A DNA stretch of 64,000 nucleotides from Pachysolen tannophilus NRRL Y-2460 (GCA_001661245.1 KV454012.1:2127063-2191062); one strand, 5' to 3'; numbered from the stretch's first letter, positions 25,394-37,558 are shown. Notes: a model not told the origin generated them from the letters alone. Numbers and translations are program-made.

Positions 25394-25484
25394 CATTATT
25401 ATTAAATTTATTAGGAATATGGGGAAAGAAAGGAAAAAAAAAACGATTTCTATTAGAATACTAATTTCCATATTATACATTTAT

Positions 25485-27416
25485 CTACACAATCACATTA
25501 TTTATATTTCTGTTTCGAGACTCATTTACTCTTCCGTCTATTACATCGTCCCTTAATAAGCTATTGTCTTCTTCGAAACTAGTTTGCATAAAAGAAGAAG
25601 ATGTGTTTCTTCTATTACCACCAAAGATGTTCATAAGGTTAGGCACAATTCTTGAAAACCAACTAGAAATTCCATTATATGCTTCGAAATTATTATCCTC
25701 TTCCAAATCCACTCCATTATGGGCTTGTATGTTCAAAGATCTCAATTCATTATTATTGGCCAATTCTCTACTAATGATATTTTTGGCCTCTTGAACTAAT
25801 GCATTATTTCTTGCTATATTATTACCAGCAGTATTATTGTTATTTTCATCTTCGAATTCCAAATCGTCAAGATATTCGTAGTAATCTTCAAAAAATTCAA
25901 ATTTATTCAAAACCCATGTCTTAACAATATCGTATATGTTTAAAGATGATAACAAAATTGGAATAAAAATCAATCTTGGTAACCAATCATTTAAAATCTG
26001 ACCAATTTTGATTAAGTTTAAAGATTTCCCTAAAAATTGCTTGAACATTGTATGAGCATTGGTGTTATTTCCCAACAACATTATGAAATTATAAGATAAA
26101 GGTATTGTTAACCTTGCTGCATAAGTTATGAAAAAAGTTAAAGAGACTGGATCTGAGGATTGATGTTGTGAAATATGATATATATTGAAAATTTTGATGT
26201 TTGATAAAGAATTCATTGCACTTAATAACATATAGGTTAATACAACTATAAGTGTCAAGAAACTTTTAAGAAATCTCAAGTTATCAATCGAGACAAAAAG
26301 TCTGATTATTGAAAATTTTGTTGAATGCAAAATTTCTGATTCTATTATCACAATGGAAAGTGAAAATAATAATAATGCAAAAAATTTATCGTACAGTGGT
26401 CTAATCAAGACATAAAGATAATAATTGAACTTTGGTGACTTCTTGCTGGTTAAGCGTCTTCTAAATACCAATTCTTTTGTATGTTTTGAATTAATTATAT
26501 CTTCCAAATCCAATATTTCATTAATAGAACTCATATATTTAGCTCTGATAGAATTGAATTTGTATAAGTCATCATTAAATTTTTTGGTTAATTTGGACAT
26601 GAACTCATTGCTTAATTGTTCCTCAGTAATAATATAATCTTCGTTTCCTCTATATATTCTTGCAGAACTTTCATATTCTGGTGGGACTTTTTCTAATAAA
26701 GATATCATCCAATCTCTAAATTCTAAATTTGAATCTTTCAAATTATTTAAAGATAAAACTTTAATAGATATTTCTTTTAAATTGAATTTTGCATCTTGAT
26801 AAGCTTCACTAATTTTCGGTAATTGAACATATTTACCAAATAAGTTTTTTGAATTCTTGAAAGAGTTTGAAAAAAGTAATTTTGGAATTGATATCAAACT
26901 ATGTGACATTAACCATAATGCTAATACTAAAGCATAAATATGAGATATAGTAATAATTAAAGATTTGATTGAATATATGGTAAAGCCAACATTCATGATT
27001 AAATAAAACAACCCAATCAGACAAACTGCAAGCATTATAAGTTGAAACTTAAGCAATTGTTTAAAACTATCTTTAACTTTTGATTTAAAATTGAATTGAC
27101 CGTTATTATAGAAATTTTGTAAAAAAGGTAAAACCAACCAAGTTAATATAAAAGTGGCCCAATAATTACATTTCCAAAGTATTAATACCAACGAAGGCTT
27201 GACATAAAAAAAATTACCATTTCCATCATTAGGATCTATATTTGAAGATAATAAATCAATAGGTAATAAATATATAATTGATAATGGTAAGAAAATTGAT
27301 ATTATTAAAATCGAGTTAAATGCAATTGGATAGTTTCTCAAATTGATGAAAATATTGATCAATACTACCGATAATAAAAATGTAAGAATTGAAAACAACA
27401 ATATCACAAACCACAT
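25485..27416 (-). CDS. LMBR1-family (LMBRD2-like) multi-pass membrane protein
   Basis: LLPIDL, LWK..YW.TF.LTW..LPFLQ, RLTIPLSYNF motifs; about 9 TM segments. Confidence 0.85.
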   Translation of the reverse strand: MWFVILLFSILTFLLSVVLINIFINLRNYPIAFNSILIISIFLPLSIIYLLPIDLLSSNIDPNDGNGNFFYVKPSLVLILWKCNYWATFILTWLVLPFLQNFYNNGQFNFKSKVKDSFKQLLKFQLIMLAVCLIGLFYLIMNVGFTIYSIKSLIITISHIYALVLALWLMSHSLISIPKLLFSNSFKNSKNLFGKYVQLPKISEAYQDAKFNLKEISIKVLSLNNLKDSNLEFRDWMISLLEKVPPEYESSARIYRGNEDYIITEEQLSNEFMSKLTKKFNDDLYKFNSIRAKYMSSINEILDLEDIINSKHTKELVFRRRLTSKKSPKFNYYLYVLIRPLYDKFFALLLFSLSIVIIESEILHSTKFSIIRLFVSIDNLRFLKSFLTLIVVLTYMLLSAMNSLSNIKIFNIYHISQHQSSDPVSLTFFITYAARLTIPLSYNFIMLLGNNTNAHTMFKQFLGKSLNLIKIGQILNDWLPRLIFIPILLSSLNIYDIVKTWVLNKFEFFEDYYEYLDDLEFEDENNNNTAGNNIARNNALVQEAKNIISRELANNNELRSLNIQAHNGVDLEEDNNFEAYNGISSWFSRIVPNLMNIFGGNRRNTSSSFMQTSFEEDNSLLRDDVIDGRVNESRNRNINNVIV

Positions 27417-27600
27417 CTCTTTCAATACTATCTTATCGAACTTTTCTATTACTTTGAATATAATATATAATATATAAATATAATTTATATTATCTATTTA
27501 TTGAATTGATCGTGTAACATATCAGAAACACACCTATTTACGGGAAACAACTTTAAGAGAAATAGGTTAAAAGATACGTTAAAACTAGAGTTAACTAGAA

Positions 27601-27985
27601 GATGATAACAATGATGATAATAATAATGATAATGATAATGATGATAATAATATAATAATAATAATAATAATAATAAAAGAAAAAATGATGCTAATTAACA
27701 CCTCATGAAATCAAAAAGAAATAAAAAATAAAAAAAAAAAAAAAAAAATAAAATAAAATAAAATAAAATAAAATAAAATAAAATAAAATAAAAATAAGAA
27801 GGAATGGAACAACAACAACAACAACAACAAAAATAATAATAATTAAAAAGGTGAACTGGTTAAAAAAAAACAATTATCATAAAAAATAGAGCTAAAGTAA
27901 AAGAATAGAAATAAAAGAAGAAGAACAAAAAAAAAAAAAAAAAGAATTATTAAAATAATAAAATAAAATAAGATAAAAATAAATT
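27601..27985. repeat. Simple-repeat tract: (GAT/AAT)n, (AAAAT)n, (AAC)n, poly-A
   Basis: Directly visible microsatellites. Confidence 0.9.
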
Positions 27986-27990
27986 ACTTT

Positions 27991-29052
27991 CTATTGCTTC
28001 TTTTCGACTAAAAATTTGTATTCTCTCTTTTTCACATCCACATCATATAAGGCAGCATCATCAACAAACCAAATAACTCTTCCAGCAGCACCTTCATTAA
28101 CAATACTACTAGGTAAGCCCTTTTCTGGTCTTTCCATAATAGTTTTAACTACTGGAGCTTTTGTTGAACCTTCTACAACAAAAGTAACTCTATGAGAATG
28201 GCTAATTACTGGAATTGTCAAAGTTATTCTTTGAGAAGGTCCACTTGGAGCATTTTCGACAGGTACAACCCAAGCATGATTTTCTCTTAATGTAGATTGA
28301 TTGGGGAAAAGTGATGCAATATGACCATCTGGGGCACATCCTAATAATAAAAGATCAAACATTGGTATTTTAACAGAATCTTTTGCAGCAAAACCTTTTA
28401 TTAAAGATTTTTCATAACTATCAGCACATTCTTGAGGATCATTAATTAAAGTTTCATCAATATGATATATCTTTGGTTTCCCCTTTTCTTCAGGAATTAA
28501 ATCAAATAAATTTCTCTTTGCTAATCCATAATTTGAATCTGGGGAATCAAATGGAACTAATCTTTCATCTGCAAAATATACATCCCACCTACTCCATTCA
28601 ATTTCATCTGATCTAGGTAATAATCCTTCATTTAATACACTTATTAAAGAACCTCCACTTATAGCAATTTTAAATCTTTTATTCAGTAAATCTCTTTCCT
28701 TTTTCATAGCCATTTTAGCAGCTTTTTTAATATTACTTGAAGAAGATGAAGATTGTTGTTGTTGTTCTTGATGTGATGTATTTGAAGATTTTGATTGTAT
28801 TCTTGAAATATTTGTAGAACTACTACTATTAATGTCCTTATCGATATTATTATTATTATTATTATTTTGTATAATATCATCATTATTTTGGTTATTAATT
28901 TCATTTGTATTATTATTTTGTAGTGTTGGTGTTTTCTTATTGACATCTTCATATAATGTGGAATTTTGAGCAGCTATTACATGATCCGCAACAGCATCAG
29001 CGACTCCCGAAAATTCATGAAATGAGTAAATCAATGGAACAGTTGTAGTCAT
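27991..29052 (-). CDS. SOL1: 6-phosphogluconolactonase-like protein (Sol1/Sol2 type) with an N/Q/S-rich insert
   Basis: AISGGSL, YFADERLVP..DSNYG, LLGCAPDGHIASLFP, RITLT. Confidence 0.88.
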   Translation of the reverse strand: MTTTVPLIYSFHEFSGVADAVADHVIAAQNSTLYEDVNKKTPTLQNNNTNEINNQNNDDIIQNNNNNNNIDKDINSSSSTNISRIQSKSSNTSHQEQQQQSSSSSSNIKKAAKMAMKKERDLLNKRFKIAISGGSLISVLNEGLLPRSDEIEWSRWDVYFADERLVPFDSPDSNYGLAKRNLFDLIPEEKGKPKIYHIDETLINDPQECADSYEKSLIKGFAAKDSVKIPMFDLLLLGCAPDGHIASLFPNQSTLRENHAWVVPVENAPSGPSQRITLTIPVISHSHRVTFVVEGSTKAPVVKTIMERPEKGLPSSIVNEGAAGRVIWFVDDAALYDVDVKKREYKFLVEKKQ

Positions 29053-30120
29053 CACCTTTAAATTTAACCTTATATTCTTTTTTTTATAATTTCTTTATCA
29101 ATTCCTTATCTATTTTATTCCACAGGAACAAGAAAAAAAAAAAAAAAATATTTTAGTTAATTTGATATAACAACCTAATAATAAAAACACAAGTATTAAA
29201 ACTTATTATGTGATAATAAACAAAAAAAAATAAAAAAAATTAAATTAAATTTACAGAGAGAGAGAGACAAAGATAAAAAAACAAAAAAACAAAAAACAAA
29301 AAAAAAAAACAAAAAAAAAAAATATTTATATATATATAAATATATATAAATAAAACTATTGAAAAGAAAATAAAACAATCAAAATGATTACTTCAATTAT
29401 GATTGACTTATTCCTCCCTTATAATGTGTTTTTTTTTTTTTTTTTTTTTTTTAAATTATTTGATTTAATAATAAAATATACAACTGATCTATCTATATCA
29501 AGTACATCAACTGGTTTTAAGCGCCAACGATTTAATCTTCTAGAATTTCTAGAACATTGCACACGACTGAATGTTTTTTCTTTTTCCTTTTCCATTGATT
29601 TGGCTTAAAAATACACTACTTAAGTAAGTGTATCAAATAGTAGTGCATCTATTTTACAAAAAAAAAATAAAAAACGGTTTTTTTTTTTTTTTGTAAAATA
29701 TACACACTACTTGTTTGTTCGAGGTAAAGATTTAATTTTCAATTTTGTTTAGCCTCTTCTACTTTTTTTGAACAAGTTTTCAAGCCACTTAGTTGTTTAT
29801 TTTTTTTTTTTTTTTTTTTTGCCCCTGATTAGCCACGTCCAAGTTTGTTTTCTTTTTTGTTTTTAAAGAAAAATCTTTAAATAATTCGGGAAAGTCTCGG
29901 TGTGCAATGCAATCTCTTCTCCAAGAATGGAATTCCTTTTTGCTTATTTTCTTTAAACTTTAGTTCTTTTAATATTATAATCATACCCATCCATATCCAG
30001 ATACATACCTTATTAATAAAGATAAATTGATAAATCAAAATATATGTTATTTTTATTTTAAATTTTAATTTGAATTTAGAGATTTTTTTTAAAAAAAAAA
30101 ATCTTAAATTAAATTCTCTA

Positions 30121-32322
30121 ATGTATGATAAATTTAAGAATTTTTTAGAAAATAATTGGTATTGTTTGACTCAGCATCAAAGGAATAAAATTTTTTTATA
30201 TACGGTTGTAATTTCTACAACAATTTATATTTTATTACCTTCAATTATACCATCATCTAGTGATAAGTTAAAAATGCTTTCATCTTCAAGACCGGATAAA
30301 TATACTACAGGAATGATCAATATGACAGTTGATTGTTTTGCAAATTCTACTTTACAATCATTAGCTTCTTTACCAGGTTTAAATATATATTTAAATAAAT
30401 TAAATGAAATTTATTTAAAATTAATTATTATTAAAAATGAACAAGAAAAATTACCGCCTTTACCAATTTTATATTTACATGAAGCATTAGTTGAAATATT
30501 ATCAAATTTACAACAAGTTGTAACATCATCAAAAGCAATGAGTGTATGGGATTTTTTAAGTGTATTAGAAAAAGTTTTTAATGCTAAAATTTCAAGAAAA
30601 CAACATGATGCTCATGAATTATTACAATTAATTTTAGAAACATTAGATAAAGAAAATTTTAATTTAACAAAATTTGTTGCTAAAAATTCTATTGAATTAA
30701 TTGTACCAGAATTTCCATTTAAAAGTTTATATTCAGATCAATTACAATGTCTTTCATGTGGTAGAGAATCAAATTTAAATTATGATCCAATGATGATTTT
30801 AACTTTACCAGTACCACAAACAAATACTATTGAATTAACAGAATTAATTCGTAAAAATGAAAGTGAATATATAGAAGGTTATTCATGTTTAAAATGTAAA
30901 ATTAAAGCAATAGTAACATTAGAAGAAAAAAATCAAACACTTAAAGATGATATTTTTGAAACTTTGAAAAGTTTAAATAATGATGATAATTTATTAATTA
31001 ATGATGATATACCAAAAAATTTGGAAAATATAATAAATAATTATAAATTAAATACAGGATTTGATATTAAAAATGTTAAAAGTACAATAAATAAAAAAAA
31101 TTTGGTTATTAGACCTCCACAAATTTTACCAATTCATTTATCAAGATCAATTTTTTTAGGAACTCAAGAAATTAGAAATTCTTGTCAAGTATTATTTTCT
31201 GATCATTTAACTTTAGAAATTGATGAAAATTTAAAAAATAAAGTTGAAGAATTGGAAAAATTGAAACATAATTCAAGAATTGAAAAGGAAAAAATGGATG
31301 ATGATCAAGAAGAAATAAATTCTTTACAAAGTTTAAAACCTTCAATTTTAAATGATATTGATGAAAAAGCAGAAGATGAATTTTATGAAGATGTTGGTCA
31401 ATCTTCAGACGTTGATAGTGATAATGGTTCAATTGCAGAAGAAGATGAAACTGGACAGGATGTTGCAATTAATAATTCAGATACTGAAAGTGGAACATCT
31501 GCTTCCACTACATCTGATAAATCTTCATCTTCTTCATCAGAAAAACATAAAAAAAAATTGAATAACCTCACACCTCCAACAACTTATTCTTCTAATCAAT
31601 CAACAGCAGTTTCTCAATTTGAAGAACCACAAGTTATTGAGGCAGATCCAGCAAATATAAAATCGTATAAATATAGATTGAAAGCAGTTATAAGGCATCA
31701 AGGTACTCATTCAACAGGTCATTATGAATGTTATAGGCATAAACCAGAATTTATTAAAGATTCCAAATCTGGAGAATATGTTGCTAATTTCCCATTTTTA
31801 GAAAATAAAAAACAACATTCAGATGATACATCAATGAAGCCTCAAGGAACAGAATCTGAAACAAATGTTACTAATACTACTGAAAATGAAACTGCTGTCA
31901 GTGATTCTGCAAATACACATTTATCGGATGATTTGAAACCACGTTCAAGATCCTCTTCTGTTCGATCACCATCTTTTTCGCGACCATTTTTATCTTCTGA
32001 TGCTGGGCCTTCTATAACAGATAACGATGAAGGTCATGGATCATCATTATCGCGATCTGGATCTAGAAGATCGAGATTCAGATCACGATTATCATCATTA
32101 GTTGGTGATAGGAGACCATCAATTAGTCAGGATTTAAATAATGATATGAAGACGTTGAATTTGAAAGAAGGAAAACCAAAGAAAATTAAAAAATTGACAA
32201 GTTATGTTAAATACCCTTACTGGAGAATAAGTGATACTAAGATAACAGAGTATAAGAAAGAGGATGTTCTAAATGATTCAAAGGCTGTATACATGTTGTT
32301 TTACGAAAGAGTCCAAGAATGA
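30121..32322 (+). CDS. UBP16: Ubiquitin-specific protease with N-terminal TM anchor
   Basis: TM segment then DKYTTGMIN..DCFANS Cys box, QHDAHE, HQGTHSTGHY His box, WRISD, YMLFYE. Confidence 0.8.
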   Translation: MYDKFKNFLENNWYCLTQHQRNKIFLYTVVISTTIYILLPSIIPSSSDKLKMLSSSRPDKYTTGMINMTVDCFANSTLQSLASLPGLNIYLNKLNEIYLKLIIIKNEQEKLPPLPILYLHEALVEILSNLQQVVTSSKAMSVWDFLSVLEKVFNAKISRKQHDAHELLQLILETLDKENFNLTKFVAKNSIELIVPEFPFKSLYSDQLQCLSCGRESNLNYDPMMILTLPVPQTNTIELTELIRKNESEYIEGYSCLKCKIKAIVTLEEKNQTLKDDIFETLKSLNNDDNLLINDDIPKNLENIINNYKLNTGFDIKNVKSTINKKNLVIRPPQILPIHLSRSIFLGTQEIRNSCQVLFSDHLTLEIDENLKNKVEELEKLKHNSRIEKEKMDDDQEEINSLQSLKPSILNDIDEKAEDEFYEDVGQSSDVDSDNGSIAEEDETGQDVAINNSDTESGTSASTTSDKSSSSSSEKHKKKLNNLTPPTTYSSNQSTAVSQFEEPQVIEADPANIKSYKYRLKAVIRHQGTHSTGHYECYRHKPEFIKDSKSGEYVANFPFLENKKQHSDDTSMKPQGTESETNVTNTTENETAVSDSANTHLSDDLKPRSRSSSVRSPSFSRPFLSSDAGPSITDNDEGHGSSLSRSGSRRSRFRSRLSSLVGDRRPSISQDLNNDMKTLNLKEGKPKKIKKLTSYVKYPYWRISDTKITEYKKEDVLNDSKAVYMLFYERVQE

Positions 32323-33023
32323 TGTAATACCACCATGTGTTTCTAAAGTTTTTTATTTATTTATTTATTTATTTCAGTGGATCATGATTTTTTTTTTACT
32401 AGTTTATGTAAACTTTAGCTTTTATTATTGCTAATTTTCAAATGATGAACCTCGAGCTTTCCATCTTTTTTTTTTTTTTTTTTTTTTCCAATATTCAATT
32501 ATATTCGATACAGTTTTTTATACGGCTATGAGAAATTATATAATATATACAGTACTAATCACCATTATTTTCATATTAATAACTTAATATTTGGGGATTT
32601 CTTAGAATGGCTTATTTAAGCTATCTTAATCAGCAAAAAAAAAAAAAAAAAAACAATTTGTCTAACCTTAGAACTCAATTAAAACTTACCTATACCCTCA
32701 TACCTTGAATCAATTCTACTTTACTGGTCAACCTTAACAATATAGCTTTAAATCTTCTTTGCGGTACTATTTATTATTTGGTTCAATGTATGTTTATGTC
32801 CCCTGCGAGGCAGATCTGCATAACGATAAAAGAATTTTCTCCTTCGATGAGAAGTGTGGAGAAGTTTTTTCAAATGTTTCCGGAGAATATTTATGTTTCC
32901 GGAGAAGATTGTTTTTTTAATTTCTTCCTCTTTTTTCCATAGAAGTCAAAGCCCATAATAGAAAAAGCTCTAGAAGGAAAGTTTCAATTAGAATTATTCA
33001 AGAGTAGCTACGGATTCCGAGAA

Positions 33024-35120
33024 ATGAAGTGGATAGGAAGTGTGATAGTAGTTGTAATCACGTTGATAAGTGGTATCAGGTGTGATGATCTAAGTCATGT
33101 ATTGGATAGAGTTTTGCTGATTGATAAATCTTTTATTGAGAAAGGGCCGGTATTATCTGTTCTTCAAGATTATAATTCCATATTATTAGAGTGTAATAAG
33201 ATTTCATTGAATGATGCTCTCAAATCTCAAATATTACCAAACATTTATTATAAGAAAGGGTTAATAGAATATTCTTATGATAAGGATAATTTGGCTATTG
33301 AAGATTTTGAAACTTGTTTAAGTTTTGGTGGATCGTTAATTAAACCATGTAAGGAAAAATTGGTTGATTTATTGTTGAAGCATGGTAGATTGGATAGATT
33401 ATCAACTTTAGTATCACAGGATGAAAATGAAGAGCTTCATGAGAAGATATTGTTGTTGAGGCAGATGATAGAGAGGACTGAAAGTTTAATTAAGAATGGC
33501 GACTACAAGACTTGTGTAGAGGAAGCATCAAATGCCATTGAATTATCATCATCTTTTAATGATCTTCGAAATATTAGAATTGAATGCTTGGTTAAAACAA
33601 ATGAGATTGATTACGATTTGAAGTTGAAATATTTAATTGAAGATTATTCTGAATTGATTAAAAATGGTAGATACTCACAAAGATTGCTTTTAGAAACAGA
33701 AAATAAAAATATTTTTCAAAAAATTTTTGAATATAAAAATGATATTAATTTAAAAGAAGAATCAAAGTCATTACAAAATTTTATAAAATTATTTAAGTTG
33801 TTATTATTCGGTGATAAGAATTTCTTACAAGCTCAAAAGACTTTACAGAAATGTCTAAGAATTGATAATGATTATGTTGAATGCCAACAATATTCAAAAA
33901 TTTTTGTAAAATTCAACAAGTTTTGGGATTTATTTGAAAAAATATCAGTTTATTATTCTCACTTATATTTTGAGCGAGAAGATGATCAACAAGAAAGTGC
34001 TGACTCGTTTGATCCTGCTGAATATGATATTTCTGAAAAAGAATGGAAAGAAGTTCATAAATTTTTATTTTCTCAAGACAAGAAGATAAAATTAAATCCA
34101 AGACAAATTGAAATATTAAATATTCAACCTTTTGAAAATAACTACAAATTTTTGATAAATGAACTTTTTTTATTTGCAAAAGAGTTCAATTTCATTGAAG
34201 GTACAAGTAAATCATTCGAAAAAGATAAGGATTCTCAATTTTATTCAAAAAATAAATTTATGGTAGAATTACAGGAACTTTTTGTTGAAAGTTTTGTACA
34301 TTCAGATAAGAATGATAAAATAATAAAGGAAATATGCGAAAATGAATTGAGTCATCAAAAGAAAAAATTTTTCCCATGTTCAGTTATCAAAATAGATGAA
34401 TTGATATCATCAAGAAAGAAAAAAGATCATCAAAAGGCTTTAAAGATTTTGAATGGTTTCGATATGAGAACTCAAAAGACAAAATTATGGGAATCTAGAT
34501 TTAAGAAAATTAATCCTACCTTGAGGCAAGAATCTTCTAATGGTAATAAATGGCAACAACAACAACAACAACAGGGACAAAAATTTCAGCAAAAATTCAG
34601 TTATCGTGATTCAAATCAGCACCAGCAGTATTTCAATTCACGTAATCAGAACCAACAACATCAGCGTGCATCACCTCCTCAGAATCCTAAAACCGATTAC
34701 TATAAAGTTTTAGGATTATCACCAAAAGCTGATGAATCCGAAATTAAGAAAGCTTATCGTGAAAAAGTCAAGCTTTATCATCCAGACAAGAATTCGAGTT
34801 CAGACAAAACAAAAGAAGAATTAGAAGAGAAAATGAGCGAGATAAATAACGCTTACGAAGTCTTATCAGATCAAACAAAGAGAAGACAGTATGATATGGA
34901 ATCCAACCAACAAGGTCAGCTGCATAATCATAGACATAATTCTGGATCGAGATCAAATCATATGTATTTTCAAGGGGCCGGAGGATCTGGTCAACATCAA
35001 GGACTGAACAGTTTTTTCAATCAAATGTTCAATCAACAGTTCCATGGCAAACAGCAATTTGGAAAAAGTGGAACAGAAAAAAAATCATCCAATCAAAAGG
35101 CTAAAGGATTCAACTTTTAG
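33024..35120 (+). CDS. JEM1: ER-lumenal DnaJ co-chaperone (Jem1/DNAJC3-like)
   Basis: Signal peptide, helical/TPR-like repeats, C-terminal J domain DYYKVLG..YHPDK..AYEVLSD. Confidence 0.85.
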   Translation: MKWIGSVIVVVITLISGIRCDDLSHVLDRVLLIDKSFIEKGPVLSVLQDYNSILLECNKISLNDALKSQILPNIYYKKGLIEYSYDKDNLAIEDFETCLSFGGSLIKPCKEKLVDLLLKHGRLDRLSTLVSQDENEELHEKILLLRQMIERTESLIKNGDYKTCVEEASNAIELSSSFNDLRNIRIECLVKTNEIDYDLKLKYLIEDYSELIKNGRYSQRLLLETENKNIFQKIFEYKNDINLKEESKSLQNFIKLFKLLLFGDKNFLQAQKTLQKCLRIDNDYVECQQYSKIFVKFNKFWDLFEKISVYYSHLYFEREDDQQESADSFDPAEYDISEKEWKEVHKFLFSQDKKIKLNPRQIEILNIQPFENNYKFLINELFLFAKEFNFIEGTSKSFEKDKDSQFYSKNKFMVELQELFVESFVHSDKNDKIIKEICENELSHQKKKFFPCSVIKIDELISSRKKKDHQKALKILNGFDMRTQKTKLWESRFKKINPTLRQESSNGNKWQQQQQQQGQKFQQKFSYRDSNQHQQYFNSRNQNQQHQRASPPQNPKTDYYKVLGLSPKADESEIKKAYREKVKLYHPDKNSSSDKTKEELEEKMSEINNAYEVLSDQTKRRQYDMESNQQGQLHNHRHNSGSRSNHMYFQGAGGSGQHQGLNSFFNQMFNQQFHGKQQFGKSGTEKKSSNQKAKGFNF

Positions 35121-35416
35121 AAAATGTTGAAAAAAATTAAATAGATATATATATATAAAAAGGTAAAAGTTTAACAAAGAGTATTGATTACATGAATATA
35201 TAATAACTCTTGAAAAATTCAAGATCATAAGTCAAAAATGAAACAAATTTAATTATGCATTACATTTATGCATTACATGAAAGGTCCTATGGACTTTCTA
35301 TCTTTCTTGAAGGAAGGAACGTAAGACAAATGTTTTTTTTTGAAAAAAAGCAAAAAAAAAAAAAAAGAAAAAATAAAAAGATTAAGAGATTTTAAAAATT
35401 TCAAAATTTAAAAGTC

Positions 35417-37000
35417 TTAAATAATCAAATGTGGACCATGGTACTTGAATACAGGTGCTTTGAAGTTATTAGTACCAATATCTTTATGACTATATGGAGA
35501 TGGGAATCCTTCAAAGGAAGTAGCATATGTTGCGACGGAATGTGCAATCAATTTGGTGTTGACTAACCAAGCATCATAGTTAGGATTGCTTAAATCATCA
35601 CACAACTGATGGTAACACGGATCGAACCATTCACCTGAAGTACCTCCAAATAACAGTTGTTCTTCTTTTGTCTTGATACCTTCAGCTCCAGTGGCAATAC
35701 CACCTCCTGGAATACCACTTTTAATAAAAGCATCGTAATCAGATCTACCGTCAAATGGAATCAATGTATAGTTTAAGCCTTGGTCAAGGTACCAATCAAT
35801 ATAAAGATATTTCAATTCTTCCGATCCAACTGGATTATCAACGTTATTAGCATCATAAACTTGATAAGCATAATTTGGGGAAGCCATCATATCATAGTCC
35901 ATGAATAATCTAATCTTGGATTTTTCCTCTGGAGTTAAAACGGAAACATAATGATCTGAACCTAGTAAACCTTCTTCCTCAGCTGCCCACCAAGCAAATC
36001 TTACAGTATTATTAACAGAGAATTTAGATAACTGTAAAGCCACTTCTAGTAATGAAATAGTACCAGAACCATCATCATTAATACCTGGACCTTCCGAAAC
36101 TGAATCGGAATGTGCTCCCAACATAACAACATTTTCCTTGTCACCTAATTTTGTTTCTGCAATAACATTTGTTGTCTTAATTTTACCAACGTAGGAATCG
36201 ACATAGACTGTAGTTTCTAAAGTTTCACCTTGAGATAACAATTTTAAATAATGTTCTCCTTCATCTTGGTCTAATCCCAAAGTTGCAATTTCTTTACCAG
36301 TTGGTTCACCTAAAGTACCTTTAACAGATCCGGGTTCATTATTATAAATGATAGCAGCTAATGCACCAGCTTCTCCAGCCAATTGAGACTTGTTACCAAA
36401 TGCACATGTACCTCTTTTAATCAATGCAATAGCTCCGGAAACAGATTCTGGATAATCCGACAGATAACAACCTTCACCATCAACCAGAACTAAAGGCCCA
36501 TTAACGGGATTCTTATTCAAAGTTGGAGGTGTTAATGCCATAGCAACAACAGATTTAGGTTGAACCCCATCAATGAGTAAAGAAAATGAAGAAACTCTAC
36601 CATCAACTGCTTCAAAATCTTGCGTTGAAACATCATAATAATCTTTCAATTTATGAAGTTCCTTCTTAATATATCCAATTGTACTCCAATGACCAGGAGA
36701 GCCAATAACTCTTGTAGGACGGCCATATTCCTTGGTAGAACGTTCAGCAAGTTCATACAATTTTTGAGCTCTTTCTTCTAAAGCATCCTTATTAATTAAA
36801 GATTGCAACTCAACAGTATCAACGGGTGATGATTTTACAAATTCAGATTGAAAATTCCCCAAATCATTATATTTGTTCTCACCAATCTCCAATGGAGTTT
36901 GCTCAAGAATTTTTTGCAATTCTAATAAAGGAAAGGCTAAAACATATGAAGTAAATAATATAGTTTTAACAGATAAAAGAAGTGAAGATGAAAACTTCAT
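35417..37000 (-). CDS. APE3: Vacuolar aminopeptidase Y (M28 family, PA domain)
   Basis: Signal peptide, PTRVIGSPGH, GAHSDSV..GPGINDDGSG, AEEEGLLGS, DYDMMASPN, PCYH. Confidence 0.93.
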   Translation of the reverse strand: MKFSSSLLLSVKTILFTSYVLAFPLLELQKILEQTPLEIGENKYNDLGNFQSEFVKSSPVDTVELQSLINKDALEERAQKLYELAERSTKEYGRPTRVIGSPGHWSTIGYIKKELHKLKDYYDVSTQDFEAVDGRVSSFSLLIDGVQPKSVVAMALTPPTLNKNPVNGPLVLVDGEGCYLSDYPESVSGAIALIKRGTCAFGNKSQLAGEAGALAAIIYNNEPGSVKGTLGEPTGKEIATLGLDQDEGEHYLKLLSQGETLETTVYVDSYVGKIKTTNVIAETKLGDKENVVMLGAHSDSVSEGPGINDDGSGTISLLEVALQLSKFSVNNTVRFAWWAAEEEGLLGSDHYVSVLTPEEKSKIRLFMDYDMMASPNYAYQVYDANNVDNPVGSEELKYLYIDWYLDQGLNYTLIPFDGRSDYDAFIKSGIPGGGIATGAEGIKTKEEQLLFGGTSGEWFDPCYHQLCDDLSNPNYDAWLVNTKLIAHSVATYATSFEGFPSPYSHKDIGTNNFKAPVFKYHGPHLII

Positions 37001-37558
37001 TTTTCTTCTACTGACGGGGAAAAATGACAAATGCTATTGATTAAAAAACAAGTGAGTTTCAATTCAACACAATGAATGATTAAACTCGACTCTTGTGTTG
37101 TTGAATATTAGGAATTAAATGAAACTGTGGTATAAAATGATTCATTTTGCCTAAATTCTTGAACTCGCCTGTTTTTGCTTTTTGTGGCCAAAATTTTTCA
37201 CCTAATTTTTTAGGTGGAAAAACCCCACCGCCTAAAACTCCCGCCTAAAAATGGGCGGGATTCGCGGGTGGAAAGCCGGGAAAAGAAAAAAAAAGAGAGG
37301 AAGAAGGAAATATCAAGAGATTTATCAACTATATATTCACAAAAGATATATCTATATATAGATAGATATATAGTAGCGGAGCTTCTTGCAGAAGGTATCT
37401 CTAGTGTTGAAAGGTAATTTGTTATATTGCTCTGTTTTCAACTTTGGGAGTTTATACTGTTAAAGTTTTAAATAAATGTCTCCGCTATAATACTTTATAA
37501 GACTAGAATGTAGTATATGTTGAACTATGATTTCCATTGTTGTGTAAATTGTGAATCT

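Noticed and set aside
29538..29554. TTCTAGAA-T-TTCTAGAA as a perfect heat-shock element
   Set aside because: The two units are separated by 1 nt rather than the 2 nt needed for a contiguous nGAAn array, so support is weak.
32682..32692. AAACTTACCT resembling the U1 snRNA 5' end or an antisense splice donor
   Set aside because: No U1 structure follows, and the antisense ATG frame stops after three codons.
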